Assembly (NCBI GenBank): GCA_023488905.1
Contig: JAMDCQ010000010.1
Span: 12 to 64,011, forward strand
Source: Candidatus Bathyarchaeota archaeon
GTDB taxonomy: Archaea > Thermoproteota > Bathyarchaeia > Bathyarchaeales > Bathycorpusculaceae
Reading direction: 5' to 3'
Length of the DNA: 64,000 nt
Below are positions 55,290 through 64,000 of this stretch, piece by piece. Numbering within the stretch: the first letter of the stretch is position 1; every line of letters begins with the position of its first letter. The notes beneath the pieces were generated by a model, which ran no database searches, was not told the DNA's origin, and saw only the letters and a program-made list of their open reading frames with translations. Made by a program: the position numbers and the translations under genes.

Positions 55290-55733
55290 TTAATCATTAG
55301 TAGCTTGGGTGAGGCCTCTTTCTTTGAGCCAGGACTTTATCTTCGCCTCAATCTGCTCTCTTACTTCCCTAAACTTCGCTATTTGCTCTTCTTGAGAACC
55401 CGAAACTGCCGCGGGGTCATCGAAGGGCCAATGGAGTCGGGTTGAAACGCCCGGGAAGGTGGGGCATTTTTCTTCAGCTTTGGCGCATACCGTGATTATT
55501 ATGCCGAAGTGCATTTTTCCGAGGAACTGTTTGAGGTCTTTTGAGGTGTGTTCGCTCATTTCAATTCCCGCTTCATTCATGACCTTTAGTGTTAGTGGGT
55601 GGATGGGTTTTGGGTCGAAGCCTGCACTGTAGACGTCAAAGTGTTCGCCGCCATATTTTCTTAGGAGTGCTTCGGCCATTTGGCTTCGGGCAGAATTGCC
55701 GGTGCATAAGAAAATAACTTTTGTTTTGTTCAT
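55290..55733 (-). CDS. arsC: arsenate reductase, LMW-PTP (thioredoxin-coupled) type
   Basis: KVIFLCTGNSARSQMAEAL has the CX5R P-loop, followed by the SAG block. Start placed at MNKTKV (55733). The longer ORF overlaps the ferredoxin gene. Confidence 0.85.
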   Translation of the reverse strand: MNKTKVIFLCTGNSARSQMAEALLRKYGGEHFDVYSAGFDPKPIHPLTLKVMNEAGIEMSEHTSKDLKQFLGKMHFGIIITVCAKAEEKCPTFPGVSTRLHWPFDDPAAVSGSQEEQIAKFREVREQIEAKIKSWLKERGLTQATND

Positions 55734-55747
55734 GATTTCAAACCCGT

Positions 55748-56029
55748 TTAGGCTTCTTTTTTGAGTTGCTCGATTATTTTCTCTGTTTCCTCTTCTGATG
55801 GATGCGTTATAGCGCCTGCGGGGCAGATGTCTTCGCAACCTCTACAGAAAACCACGCATCTGTTCGGGTTTATTATAGTTATTTTTTTCCCATTTTTCTC
55901 TTCGATCGTAAAGGTTTTCATGTGGCAGAAGTCGACACATTTGCCGCATGTTGTGCATTTTTGGTAATCGATTTTTGGGTCCCATGGAATTTTGTCTCTG
56001 GGGGTGCCTCCGTATGTTTCTTCAGTCAA
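55748..56029 (-). CDS. 4Fe-4S ferredoxin-domain protein in ars cluster
   Basis: CTTCGKCVDFC and CVVFCRGCEDICP motifs. 93 aa. Confidence 0.7.
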   Translation of the reverse strand: MTEETYGGTPRDKIPWDPKIDYQKCTTCGKCVDFCHMKTFTIEEKNGKKITIINPNRCVVFCRGCEDICPAGAITHPSEEETEKIIEQLKKEA

Positions 56030-56066
56030 GGTGTTTGCCTTCTTGCAAATTCCATAACAATATGTA

Positions 56067-56080
56067 AATATTTAAATATT
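56067..56080. promoter_or_regulatory. AT-rich palindrome AATATTTAAATATT in the divergent ferredoxin/arsR promoter region (TATA-like or operator candidate)
   Basis: Perfect 14-bp palindrome 4 nt before the ATG at 56084 and ~22 nt before the ATG at 56102. The latter spacing would fit a leaderless arsR transcript. Confidence 0.3.
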
Positions 56081-56083
56081 GCT

Positions 56084-56446
56084 ATGGAGTTAATCTGCCT
56101 TATGACCCAGCAAACAACAAATCAACTCCGCTTCAAAGCCCAAGTCTTCCACGCCCTCTCAGCCTCCGACAGACTCGAAATCCTCGAATTCCTCCGAGAC
56201 GGCGAAAAATGCGTCTGCGAAATCGTCCCCCACCTAAGCCTAATCCAACCCGTCGTATCCAGACACCTAAAAATCCTCAAAGACGCCGGCCTCATAAGAT
56301 GCAGAAAAGACGGAACCAAACGAATGTACTCAACCGTTGACGCAAAAATATACGATACAATCGATGCTTTGACGCCACCGCTTGTTGGTGCTTTACAGAA
56401 AGAGGTTATGGCTCAAGTTAGTTGCACGTTTTGTGATGAGGGATAA
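56084..56446 (+). CDS. arsR: ArsR/SmtB-family metalloregulator
   Basis: FHALSASDRLEILEFLRDGEKCVCEIVPHLSLIQPVVSRHLKILKDAGLI has the wHTH and the CVC metalloid site. The start is either 56084 or 56102. Confidence 0.8.
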   Translation: MELICLMTQQTTNQLRFKAQVFHALSASDRLEILEFLRDGEKCVCEIVPHLSLIQPVVSRHLKILKDAGLIRCRKDGTKRMYSTVDAKIYDTIDALTPPLVGALQKEVMAQVSCTFCDEG

Positions 56447-56448
56447 TT

Positions 56449-57501
56449 TTGGGAACCGAGCGGGAACACTTGAAGAAGGAATTATCGTTGGGGCTTTGGG
56501 AAAAGTACCTGACCGTGTGGATAGCCATCTGCATTGTCGTTGGCTTGCTGATGGGGCGTTTTGTTCCCGCTTTTGGGCAGTTCATGGAGTCATTAAAGTT
56601 CGCTCAACTCTCCATCCCCATTGGGATATTGCTTTTCTTCATGATGTACCCAACAGTGGTGGGGATTCGTTTTAGCGATGTTAAGCAGGCTACAAGAAAC
56701 CCTAAACCCCTAATCGTAACAGTAATCGCCAATTGGATAATAGCGCCTCCGTTGATGACGTTTTTAGCCAACACATTCCTTGCAGGAAGTCCCCAGTACA
56801 TTCCAGGTTTAATCCTACTTGGTCTTTCCCCCTGCACTGCAATGGTTATGTGGTGGATGTACCTCGCCAAAGGCGACATGGCTCAAGGCTTAATCAACAC
56901 TGCAATAAACGCCCTTCTAATGCTGGGACTTTACGCCCCTTTGGCGGCATTCTATTTGGGGGTAAGCGGCATACCCGTTCCATGGGATTTGATCGCGTTA
57001 AGCGTTTTAGTTTTCATCGCGCTGCCCGTAACAGCGGGCGCAATATCGCGCAATCTCATAGTCAAGAAGAAAGGCGAAGAATACTTCAAAGACAAATTCA
57101 ACCCAGTCGTTGGCAAAATATCCATCGTGGCATTGTTGCTTACTTTGATTGTTTTGTTCTCTTTTGAGGGACAAACCATCCTAAACGACCCCTTACTTGT
57201 GGGCTATCTCGCATTACCCAACTTGCTACATTACGCCATAATGATTGCTTGGACGTACCCGCTTGGCTACTTTTTAGGGTGGAAATACGAAAGCGCCATC
57301 GACACAACCATAATCGGGAGCAGCAGTCACTTCGAAGTAGCCATCGCCGTAGCCGTCACTCTTTACGGTATCGGTTCAGGCGCGGCTTTAGCAACTGTGA
57401 TTGGACCGCTTTTTGAAGTTCCGCTTATGCTTCTGCTTGTGAAACTTGGGTTGCGGACGAGAAAATACTTCCCCAAGAAAAAAGCACCTTGGTCAAACTA
57501 A
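56449..57501 (+). CDS. acr3: ACR3-family arsenite efflux permease
   Basis: 350 aa with about 10 TM helices. LGLSPCTAMVMWW matches the conserved ACR3 Cys-containing block. TTG start. Confidence 0.88.
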   Translation: MGTEREHLKKELSLGLWEKYLTVWIAICIVVGLLMGRFVPAFGQFMESLKFAQLSIPIGILLFFMMYPTVVGIRFSDVKQATRNPKPLIVTVIANWIIAPPLMTFLANTFLAGSPQYIPGLILLGLSPCTAMVMWWMYLAKGDMAQGLINTAINALLMLGLYAPLAAFYLGVSGIPVPWDLIALSVLVFIALPVTAGAISRNLIVKKKGEEYFKDKFNPVVGKISIVALLLTLIVLFSFEGQTILNDPLLVGYLALPNLLHYAIMIAWTYPLGYFLGWKYESAIDTTIIGSSSHFEVAIAVAVTLYGIGSGAALATVIGPLFEVPLMLLLVKLGLRTRKYFPKKKAPWSN

Positions 57502-57513
57502 AATCATAGATTA

Positions 57514-58293
57514 ATGGTGACAAGAATGAAAAACAAAAATGAAGAGGTAAAGAAAACAGTAAAGAAAGCCTACTCCAAAATCGCCACAAACAGCAATTCC
57601 TGTTGCTGCCAATGCGGCTGCGGAACCCTTGACAAACAAACTGTCAAAAAAGTCTCTAAAAGCATCGGGTACTCCGAAGAAGAAATGAACGCTGTGCCCG
57701 AAGCAAACCTCGGCTTAGGTTGCGGAAACCCAACTGCCTTTAGCAGCATCAAGGAAGGTGACACCGTTCTTGACTTGGGAAGCGGTGCTGGCTTTGACTG
57801 TTTTTTGGCATCCAAAAAAGTTGGCCAAAACGGTAAGGTCATCGGGTTAGATATGACTGAGGAGATGGTTGCTAAAGCTCGGCTTCTAGCCAAAGAGCAC
57901 GGCTACGCAAACGTGGAGTTTAAGTTGGGCGATATTGAAAAGATGCCAATCGACGATGGCTCTGTTGATGTTATAATAAGTAATTGTGTTATCAATCTCG
58001 CGCCTGACAAGTTGAAAGTGTTCAAAGAAGCGTATCGTGTGCTTAGGAGCGGCGGCAAAATGTATGTTTCAGACATAGTTCTGCTTGGAAAGCTTACTGA
58101 TGAGCAGTTAAAAGATGAAGACTTGCTTTCTGGATGCGTCGCTGGGGCACTGCAGAAGGATGGTTACATAGTTAAAATACGGCAGGCAGGCTTCAAAGTA
58201 AAAATCCTCGGCGAAGACAAAGAAATAAGCAAAACGCAATACAGCGGAATAGCCCTCGAGAGCATAAAAATTGAAGCAACAAAACTGGGTTGA
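57514..58293 (+). CDS. arsM: arsenite S-adenosylmethionine methyltransferase
   Basis: N-terminal Cys cluster [12 protein letters not shown] motif [11 protein letters not shown], and LSGCVAGAL with the conserved Cys. Confidence 0.85.
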   Translation: MVTRMKNKNEEVKKTVKKAYSKIATNSNSCCCQCGCGTLDKQTVKKVSKSIGYSEEEMNAVPEANLGLGCGNPTAFSSIKEGDTVLDLGSGAGFDCFLASKKVGQNGKVIGLDMTEEMVAKARLLAKEHGYANVEFKLGDIEKMPIDDGSVDVIISNCVINLAPDKLKVFKEAYRVLRSGGKMYVSDIVLLGKLTDEQLKDEDLLSGCVAGALQKDGYIVKIRQAGFKVKILGEDKEISKTQYSGIALESIKIEATKLG

Positions 58294-58300
58294 TAAAAAA

Positions 58301-59566
58301 ATGAAAAAACAAATACTTGTTGTCTTATTTGTTGTAGTTCTGTTGTCTCCATTTTTCGCGAATGCAATAGCAGCTTCTTCTGGCGATGACTGGTCGATGT
58401 TTCGCGGAGATTTAAAACACACTGGGTACTCAACTACTGCTCCTGCAACATCAAATGAGGCGCTCTGGAAATTCGACACAGAATCAACCATAGGTGCATC
58501 TCCAACGATTGTAGATGGAAAAGTCTACATTGCATCTAACGCTGGCTCAATCTATTGTCTTAACGCAAAGGATGGTTCCCAAATATGGACAGTTAGCTTA
58601 AGCTCTATGTCGATAGTGAGTTCCTCCATGGCTTATTCTGAGGGGCGTCTTTACTTTGGTAGCTTTAACGGTTATGTGTACTGTTTAGATGCAGCTAACG
58701 GTAGGATTGTGTGGTCTTATTTGACGAGAGATAGTATTCAGTCGTCTCCAGCAGTCGCAAATGGACATGTTTACATTGGTTCTTGGGATGGAGACCTCTA
58801 CTGTATAGATGCACTATCAGGTAACAAGGTTTGGAATTACACCACAGGTGCGTTGGTGGATTCTTCTCCTGCAGTTGTAGAGGGCAGGGTCTATTTTGGT
58901 TCAGCTGACAAAAACTTTTACTGCCTCGATGCTACAACAGGAGAAAAAATTTGGAGTTATGCTACAGATAAAACCATACAATCTTCCCCTGCAGTCGTAG
59001 ATGGATATGTCTACATAGGTTCACAGGACAGCAACATCTATTGCCTAAACGCTTTGACAGGCGAGAAGGTGTGGAACTCTTGGATAGAGAGTTGGGTTGA
59101 CTCTTCACCTGCCGTGGCTAACGGGTACGTCTACATAGGTTCAGGTGTATCAGACACTCCAGATAAAAATGTCTACTGCTTAAACGCGCAGACTGGAGAA
59201 AAAGTGTGGAGCTACCAAACCTACGATGGCATCTATTCCTCTCCAGCGGTGGCTGGTGACTATGTTTATGTTGGCGGTTGGGATGGCAACATTTACTGTC
59301 TCAACGCGACAGACGGAACACAAATTTGGATATACACGACACAGGCGCAAATCAACTCTTCGCCTGCGGTCTCAGATGGAATTGTCTACATTGCGTCATG
59401 GGATCACAACGTTTACGCTTTGGGTTCGCAGGCGGCAGGTCAATCTGGCGGCGTTGATAGCTGGGTAATCGTCGTTGCGATTGTGGCTGCCGCGGTGGTT
59501 TTGGCTGCTGCCTTGATCGTGCTTAGGGGCAAAAAACAGGGTTCCAAACGTCCAAAACACCGATAA
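58301..59566 (+). CDS. PQQ-like beta-propeller repeat protein, signal peptide and C-terminal TM anchor
   Basis: At least 8 repeats of the (V/I)Y(I/F)GS.DG.(L/I)YCL(N/D)A.(T/D)G..(V/I)W type. Start placed at MKKQILVV. Confidence 0.8.
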   Translation: MKKQILVVLFVVVLLSPFFANAIAASSGDDWSMFRGDLKHTGYSTTAPATSNEALWKFDTESTIGASPTIVDGKVYIASNAGSIYCLNAKDGSQIWTVSLSSMSIVSSSMAYSEGRLYFGSFNGYVYCLDAANGRIVWSYLTRDSIQSSPAVANGHVYIGSWDGDLYCIDALSGNKVWNYTTGALVDSSPAVVEGRVYFGSADKNFYCLDATTGEKIWSYATDKTIQSSPAVVDGYVYIGSQDSNIYCLNALTGEKVWNSWIESWVDSSPAVANGYVYIGSGVSDTPDKNVYCLNAQTGEKVWSYQTYDGIYSSPAVAGDYVYVGGWDGNIYCLNATDGTQIWIYTTQAQINSSPAVSDGIVYIASWDHNVYALGSQAAGQSGGVDSWVIVVAIVAAAVVLAAALIVLRGKKQGSKRPKHR

Positions 59567-59904
59567 CTAACCCCGCCCCCAATTTTTGATTGTACCTGCT
59601 TGTGGATTTGCCCACAACCAGCCAGTAACACAAACCAGACGCAGACACCAAAGCAGAAGCTTTAGCTAAGCTTCCGAGAAGATGAAGAATAGGGACGACA
59701 CCCTCTTCTTCTTAATACAAAAAACAAAACACCCAATCGTACTGGTTTTGAAAAGAGGGTACGGAGACAACTAAGAAACAAACAGCGATACCATGAACTG
59801 CCACCCGCAATTAACCCTGCTTGGACGCAGATACTTCAACAAGTCAGCGGAAGCAGAAGCTACAATGCAACTGAGAACGCAACTAGAAACTCCTCCAGAA
59901 CCGC

Positions 59905-60297
59905 TTAGTGGCTGACTTCGGCTTCCCGGTTCTTTAGCTTTTCTTCGAGAAGAACTAGCAGCTCCTGGGGCTTCACCGGCTTAACCAGATAAGCGTCTGC
60001 GCCTTCATCAAGCGCCTTAACGCCCGTTTCCAGCGAAGGAAAACCAGTAATCATAATTTTAACGGTGTTTTGGAGGGGCTTTTTTAGTTTCGCAAGCAAA
60101 TCCGTGCCATCCATGTCAGGCAAACGGATGTCTACCAGTGCCAAATCGTAGTGGCGGCTGTCGGTTTTCTCTATGGCTTCTTTGCCTGTTTCCGCGGTGT
60201 CAATTTCATAACCGCTTTTTTGTAGAATACGGGTAAAAGTTCGAAGTATAGATTTGTCGTCATCTACAACGAGTATGGTTTTTTTATGGGCTGCCAA
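59905..60297 (-). CDS. single-domain response regulator (CheY-like receiver)
   Basis: ILVVDDD...DLALVDIRLPDMDG...MITG...K fits the receiver acidic pocket, phospho-Asp and Lys pattern. Confidence 0.9.
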   Translation of the reverse strand: MAAHKKTILVVDDDKSILRTFTRILQKSGYEIDTAETGKEAIEKTDSRHYDLALVDIRLPDMDGTDLLAKLKKPLQNTVKIMITGFPSLETGVKALDEGADAYLVKPVKPQELLVLLEEKLKNREAEVSH

Positions 60298-60537
60298 CTT
60301 TCAACATCCTTCTAAATATATCGGCGACCAAGCTGAGTTGGATATGCCGATAACTGAACCTGCAACACCAGACCATTTAGTTTGATGTTACAAAGTCATC
60401 TTAATTTGCGGTTCGTCGTTTTTAACAATGATTTTCGGTATTAATAAACGCTGTCCCCTCTGCAGAAAACAGCAGCCCGCGCGGCGTAAGATACAATAAG
60501 GATATAAAACGCGGAAACGAAGGATAAAGTGTAGGTT

Positions 60538-62013
60538 TTGACAGCAGAAATGTCTACACCTTTCTCGTCTTTTTCGTATAGGATAACGCCTGAGGTTCCG
60601 CCCAGCTACTACGAGAAGCTCTTTGACTTCATCTATACCCAGTATTTGGTGCCTCAGAAGCAGCGGTTCACAGACATCACGCGTGAATCCACAAGCAAAG
60701 GCGAAAAACTAACCTACACTGTAACTGATTCGCAGGGAAACCGCTTCTTCTACGTTGAAGTCAAAAGCGGCACACCCTTCGAATTAACCATCAGCCCATT
60801 AACCTCGGTTGCATCTCACACTGCGGCTGAAGAAGCAAAACAAGACATCCTAATAGCCATGCAGCTTTTTTCGCAGAACGCCCGCAATGCATCAGTGTAC
60901 TTTGCTTGGCGCGAAGGCGAAGAAATCGTGCCAGAAGCCTATACCAAACCTGAAAAATCGTTAAACAGGCTTTTTCTTGAAACGCAGATTCTGTTTTTTG
61001 TGGTGTTCATAGTTTTTGGCATGATAATTTTTGTTTCCATCTCTACGGCGTTGCCAGACGCCTTCTGGATTGCACCCTTGATTCTTATAGGTATCCAGTT
61101 TGGTTTCGTGTTTTTCTCGAACCGCTTTATCGCGCGCAGCGGGGACTGGCATATCACTAAAGAAAACCCCATCATACACTTCCTGGAATATTATCTGCCC
61201 ATATCTGAGACTAATGATTTCACCAAGAGTTACCCACGCGAAACCTTGATTGCCATAAAAAAAGAAATCTATGACGAAATCATCGCCAAAAAAGGGGAAG
61301 TGGACGCGGAATCTGCGCAGAAGGTTTTTCAAAAGTACGGCGTTCCCTGCGAGTTACAGAACCTTAAAGCAAAAAAAGTCAACGTCTACGAACTCGTCAA
61401 GGGCATAGCTGACCGCTTCCGTTTTCCCATGCCTGAAGTGGTTGTTTCCAACACCATGGTTCCCAACGCGGCAGCTTCAGGTCCCAGCCCCAAACGCGGC
61501 CTAGTCCTAATAACAACGGGCATTTTGGCGCAGCTTAGTGAAGAAGAGTTACAAGGCGTTTTGGGTCATGAATTTGGGCACCTCAAAGGACGCGACCCTT
61601 TAATCCTGTATGGGTTAGTGTCAGCCGAGTTTCTTTTTCGCTTCTATGTGTTGTTTCCACTGTTCCCAGTGATTTTCTCTTCTTTTCTGTTCTTTGCCTA
61701 TTTCTGGGCTGTCATGGTGCTGATTTTCTTCATTGCTAAATTCTTTGAAGCTCGCGCTGACTTGGTGTCCGCTATGGTTGTAGGTAAGCCGCAGGTTCTG
61801 GCTGGGTCATTGGAGAAGATCGGTTTCCAAAGGCTCCTCTATGAGCGCACCCCGTCCTATCGTGTTCAGGAATGGCTGGGGCTAGATCCTCATCCGCCAA
61901 TCTATTTCAGGGTGAATCGTCTTGAGACTCTTTCGCCTGATTTTATTCGAAATCCTCTGATACAATCGATAAAAGATGTTACAAAAGGTTTTATCGCAAC
62001 CCTCAAAAGTTAG
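60538..62013 (+). CDS. M48-family (HtpX-like) zinc metalloprotease with extra N-terminal domain
   Basis: HEFGHLKGRD is the HExxH motif, flanked by TM helices. TTG start, with an alternative ATG at 60550. Confidence 0.72.
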   Translation: MTAEMSTPFSSFSYRITPEVPPSYYEKLFDFIYTQYLVPQKQRFTDITRESTSKGEKLTYTVTDSQGNRFFYVEVKSGTPFELTISPLTSVASHTAAEEAKQDILIAMQLFSQNARNASVYFAWREGEEIVPEAYTKPEKSLNRLFLETQILFFVVFIVFGMIIFVSISTALPDAFWIAPLILIGIQFGFVFFSNRFIARSGDWHITKENPIIHFLEYYLPISETNDFTKSYPRETLIAIKKEIYDEIIAKKGEVDAESAQKVFQKYGVPCELQNLKAKKVNVYELVKGIADRFRFPMPEVVVSNTMVPNAAASGPSPKRGLVLITTGILAQLSEEELQGVLGHEFGHLKGRDPLILYGLVSAEFLFRFYVLFPLFPVIFSSFLFFAYFWAVMVLIFFIAKFFEARADLVSAMVVGKPQVLAGSLEKIGFQRLLYERTPSYRVQEWLGLDPHPPIYFRVNRLETLSPDFIRNPLIQSIKDVTKGFIATLKS

Positions 62014-62069
62014 CTACGGCTTGGCAGAAACCCTTATCCGCTTGATTTAGCTATTTTTTACCGCTTGTT

Positions 62070-63026
62070 TTGGAGATGCTTGGCATGAGCTACAATGTGC
62101 AGTTGATTGACTCAAAAGAGAAAGAAACCCTCTATGAAGCGTACGAACCCAGACTTCTTTATACCAGTAAAGCCGAAATCTACGGTTGCTGCATAAAACT
62201 CCTAACCGACTCGCCAAAAATCAAGGACCTCTGGGAAGACAATTTTTTTTCTGATAACGAAAACACCCGTTCACACGGTCGCCTCATCGTGCTAAATATC
62301 TCCGGTCAACCTTTAAGCGTGAAATATGACGCCTACACAAAAACGGCTTTCTTGATAAACGTGGATTACTACGGTTGGGTAAAAAGCATCGCGTTAGCTG
62401 TGGCAGGAGACATTCTTGAGGATGAGCATAGAATTTACTCGGTTCATGGTGCCTCGATAGACCTCGGTTGCCTTGGCGTTTCTATCATCGGTCCCTCTGG
62501 TAGCGGGAAAACGACGCATTCCTGGGGTTTGTTGAGAAATCCTACTGCACGGTTGGTCAGTGACGACTGGTATTTCGTTAGGCTTAGTACACGTGAACCG
62601 TTAGCGTTTAGTTCAGAGAAGAAAACTTACATTCAAGCTGACATCGGCAAAATTTGGAATGAATACGAACGACTTGTAGATAAAGCCCAGTTAGATGAAC
62701 GGGGCAGAGCTGTCGTTAATGTTCGCTGGATTGTGGGCAACGGCGGTGTGATCCCAATGATGACGCTACACAAGATTATTCTACTAAAACGTGACCCCGC
62801 CGACGCCAGTATCGTTACCTCGCTTGATGTGGATGGGGCGTTGCGGTTTATGCTTGAACAGAATTTCTGCAACCCTCACCAACTGGTGCGTGACCAAAGG
62901 AAAACTGAGTTAAGAACCAACTTTTTCGAGAAGCTCTTTGAGCAAACTGAAGTTTACCTTGTGAACACCACTGGTTCGCCGCAGGATACTCAGGGCGTTA
63001 TCCGAAGCCTTCTATCTTTAAAGTGA
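62070..63026 (+). CDS. P-loop protein of the HprK/PEPCK-like kinase fold
   Basis: IIGPSGSGKTTHSWGL...LVSDDWYF parallels the PEPCK/HprK pattern G.SG.GKTT...DDEHGW. Function unknown. ATG alternatives at 62076 and 62085. Confidence 0.4.
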   Translation: MEMLGMSYNVQLIDSKEKETLYEAYEPRLLYTSKAEIYGCCIKLLTDSPKIKDLWEDNFFSDNENTRSHGRLIVLNISGQPLSVKYDAYTKTAFLINVDYYGWVKSIALAVAGDILEDEHRIYSVHGASIDLGCLGVSIIGPSGSGKTTHSWGLLRNPTARLVSDDWYFVRLSTREPLAFSSEKKTYIQADIGKIWNEYERLVDKAQLDERGRAVVNVRWIVGNGGVIPMMTLHKIILLKRDPADASIVTSLDVDGALRFMLEQNFCNPHQLVRDQRKTELRTNFFEKLFEQTEVYLVNTTGSPQDTQGVIRSLLSLK

Positions 63027-63089
63027 AAATTTCTATACAAAAAATAATAAACTAGCAAGGTAGCAATTACTCCAAGAGGCAAAAAAAGC

Positions 63090-64000
63090 TTGAAACTACT
63101 CTTCGTCGCAATAGACGGCATGGGCGACTTACCCATCGAAGCCTTAGGTAACAAAACAACCCTTGAAGCAGCCCAAACCCCCAACCTTGACTCTTTAGCC
63201 AAGAATGGAAAAACAGGTTTAATGTACACGGTTGGAAGAGGTATTGCGCCTGAAAGTGATGTTGCCGTCATTTCTCTTTTAGGATATGACCCCTTCAAGT
63301 ATAGTACCGGCAGAGGCGTAACCGAAGCAGCGGGAATAGACCTTAAAATGAAAGATGGCGATTTGGCGCTGCGGTGCAACTTTGCCACATTGGGGCAAGG
63401 CAAAAATATTTTGGACCGCAGGGTGGGAAGAAACCTCACAACCGAAGAAGCCACCGAACTTAGTAAAGCCGTCAACAGCGAAGTCAAACTCACATCTTAC
63501 CCAGCAACCTTCGAATTCAAGAACACACTGGGTCATCGAGCTGTTCTGCTCATCAAAAGCAAAGACAAACCACTGTGCAGCCACATAACCAACAGCGACC
63601 CAGCTTACGCAATAATCAACGGCTTAGGCGTCGCACAACTTAACCCAGAAATGGTGCTGAAAACCTGCGAACCCATGGATAACAGTGAAGCCGCCAAAGT
63701 TTCAGCTGGTTTAGTTAACGAGTTCATAGAGAAATCGCATCAACTATGGGAGACCCACCCCATCAACATTAAACGCTCTAAAGAGGGTAAATTAAAAGCC
63801 AATGTAGTCTTAACTCGCGATGCTGGGCATCTGCTGCCAAAATTCTTCAACATCAACCAGCACTACAATGTCAATTTTGCCTGCCTCGCTGACATGCACA
63901 CCGAGCGGGGTATCGCACAGCTAGCGGGTATGGAGTCCTCGCTTCTTCCGCCGCCTACTGGCAACCTGCAAGCCGACTGCGAATACCGCGTAAAAGCACT
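63090..64000 (+). CDS. apgM: cofactor-independent phosphoglycerate mutase, archaeal type (partial; runs off the window end)
   Basis: My translation from the TTG at 63090 is KLLFVAIDGMGDLPIEALGNKTTLEAAQTPNLDSLAKNGKTGLMYTV...LRCNFATL...RRVGRNL. This is the typical ApgM N-terminal half. Not in the ORF track because there is no stop within the window. Confidence 0.85.
   Translation, partial: MKLLFVAIDGMGDLPIEALGNKTTLEAAQTPNLDSLAKNGKTGLMYTVGRGIAPESDVAVISLLGYDPFKYSTGRGVTEAAGIDLKMKDGDLALRCNFATLGQGKNILDRRVGRNLTTEEATELSKAVNSEVKLTSYPATFEFKNTLGHRAVLLIKSKDKPLCSHITNSDPAYAIINGLGVAQLNPEMVLKTCEPMDNSEAAKVSAGLVNEFIEKSHQLWETHPINIKRSKEGKLKANVVLTRDAGHLLPKFFNINQHYNVNFACLADMHTERGIAQLAGMESSLLPPPTGNLQADCEYRVKA

Noticed and set aside
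55290-55838. Long (182-aa) version of arsC
   Set aside because: The Arg-rich N-terminal extension overlaps the ferredoxin gene. The conserved ArsC sequence starts at MNKTKVIFLCTGNSARS (nt 55733).
59680-59720. Hairpin GAAGAATAGGG-ACGACA-CCCTCTTCTTC in the intergenic region after the PQQ-repeat gene, considered as a C/D-box sRNA or terminator
   Set aside because: It has no C (RUGAUGA) or D (CUGA) boxes and no flanking T-tract. This is a single imperfect hairpin of uncertain meaning.
62990-63584. 167-aa and 101-aa minus-strand ORFs
   Set aside because: They are antisense to the apgM reading frame. That frame is missing from the ORF track only because it runs off the window without a stop.
1-64000. 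CRISPR arrays, rRNA genes, transposases or IS elements
   Set aside because: I saw no regularly spaced direct repeats, no rRNA-like sequence, and no DDE, tyrosine or serine recombinase ORFs on reading the window.

Overview
This is an archaeal chromosomal segment, inferred from archaeal-type DnaG, a family-B DNA polymerase, an ESCRT-III-like gene, archaeal apgM, archaeal-style tRNAs and Shine-Dalgarno-led, tightly packed genes. A TACK-type lineage is a guess. Most of the window is housekeeping or metabolic. It holds a complex-I-ordered 11-gene operon (1.2-10.9 kb), two ABC transporters, Mo-cofactor-related genes and a class II HMG-CoA reductase. It also holds MFS and giant MMPL transporters, dnaG and polB, an ars island (arsC, ferredoxin, arsR, acr3, arsM), a PQQ-propeller protein, a response regulator, an M48 protease and a partial apgM. 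Three tRNA genes are present: two divergent tRNA-Gly(GCC) and one tRNA-Leu(CAG). No rRNA genes or CRISPR arrays were seen.

The accessory part is a visibly AT-rich island of about 8 kb (about 17.7-25.7 kb) next to a tRNA-Gly gene.
- **pAgo operon (most interesting candidate):** a translationally coupled pair encodes a catalytically inactive short prokaryotic Argonaute. Its putative APAZ partner has a Schlafen/AlbA_2-type N-terminal domain instead of the SIR2, TIR or nuclease effectors of characterised short-pAgo systems.
- **Flanking genes on the tRNA side:** an RHH plus PD-(D/E)xK-like gene pair and an unannotated RHH paralogue.
- **Partition cassette:** a plasmid-like wHTH/adaptor/ParA cassette is bracketed by about 140-bp inverted repeats with an 83-bp perfect core.
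- **Island edge:** a HicA remnant lies at the far end.

Other observations:
- The nuo-like operon keeps all four NiFe-ligand cysteines of a group 4 hydrogenase.
- PolB lacks the exonuclease catalytic residues.
- dnaG has no canonical start codon where its conserved N-terminus begins.
- A perfect 25-bp inverted repeat brackets an HD-hydrolase/aspartase gene pair.
- mobB is frameshifted.
- The MMPL protein contains nested internal repeats.

All calls rest on by-eye motif recognition. No database searches were run.
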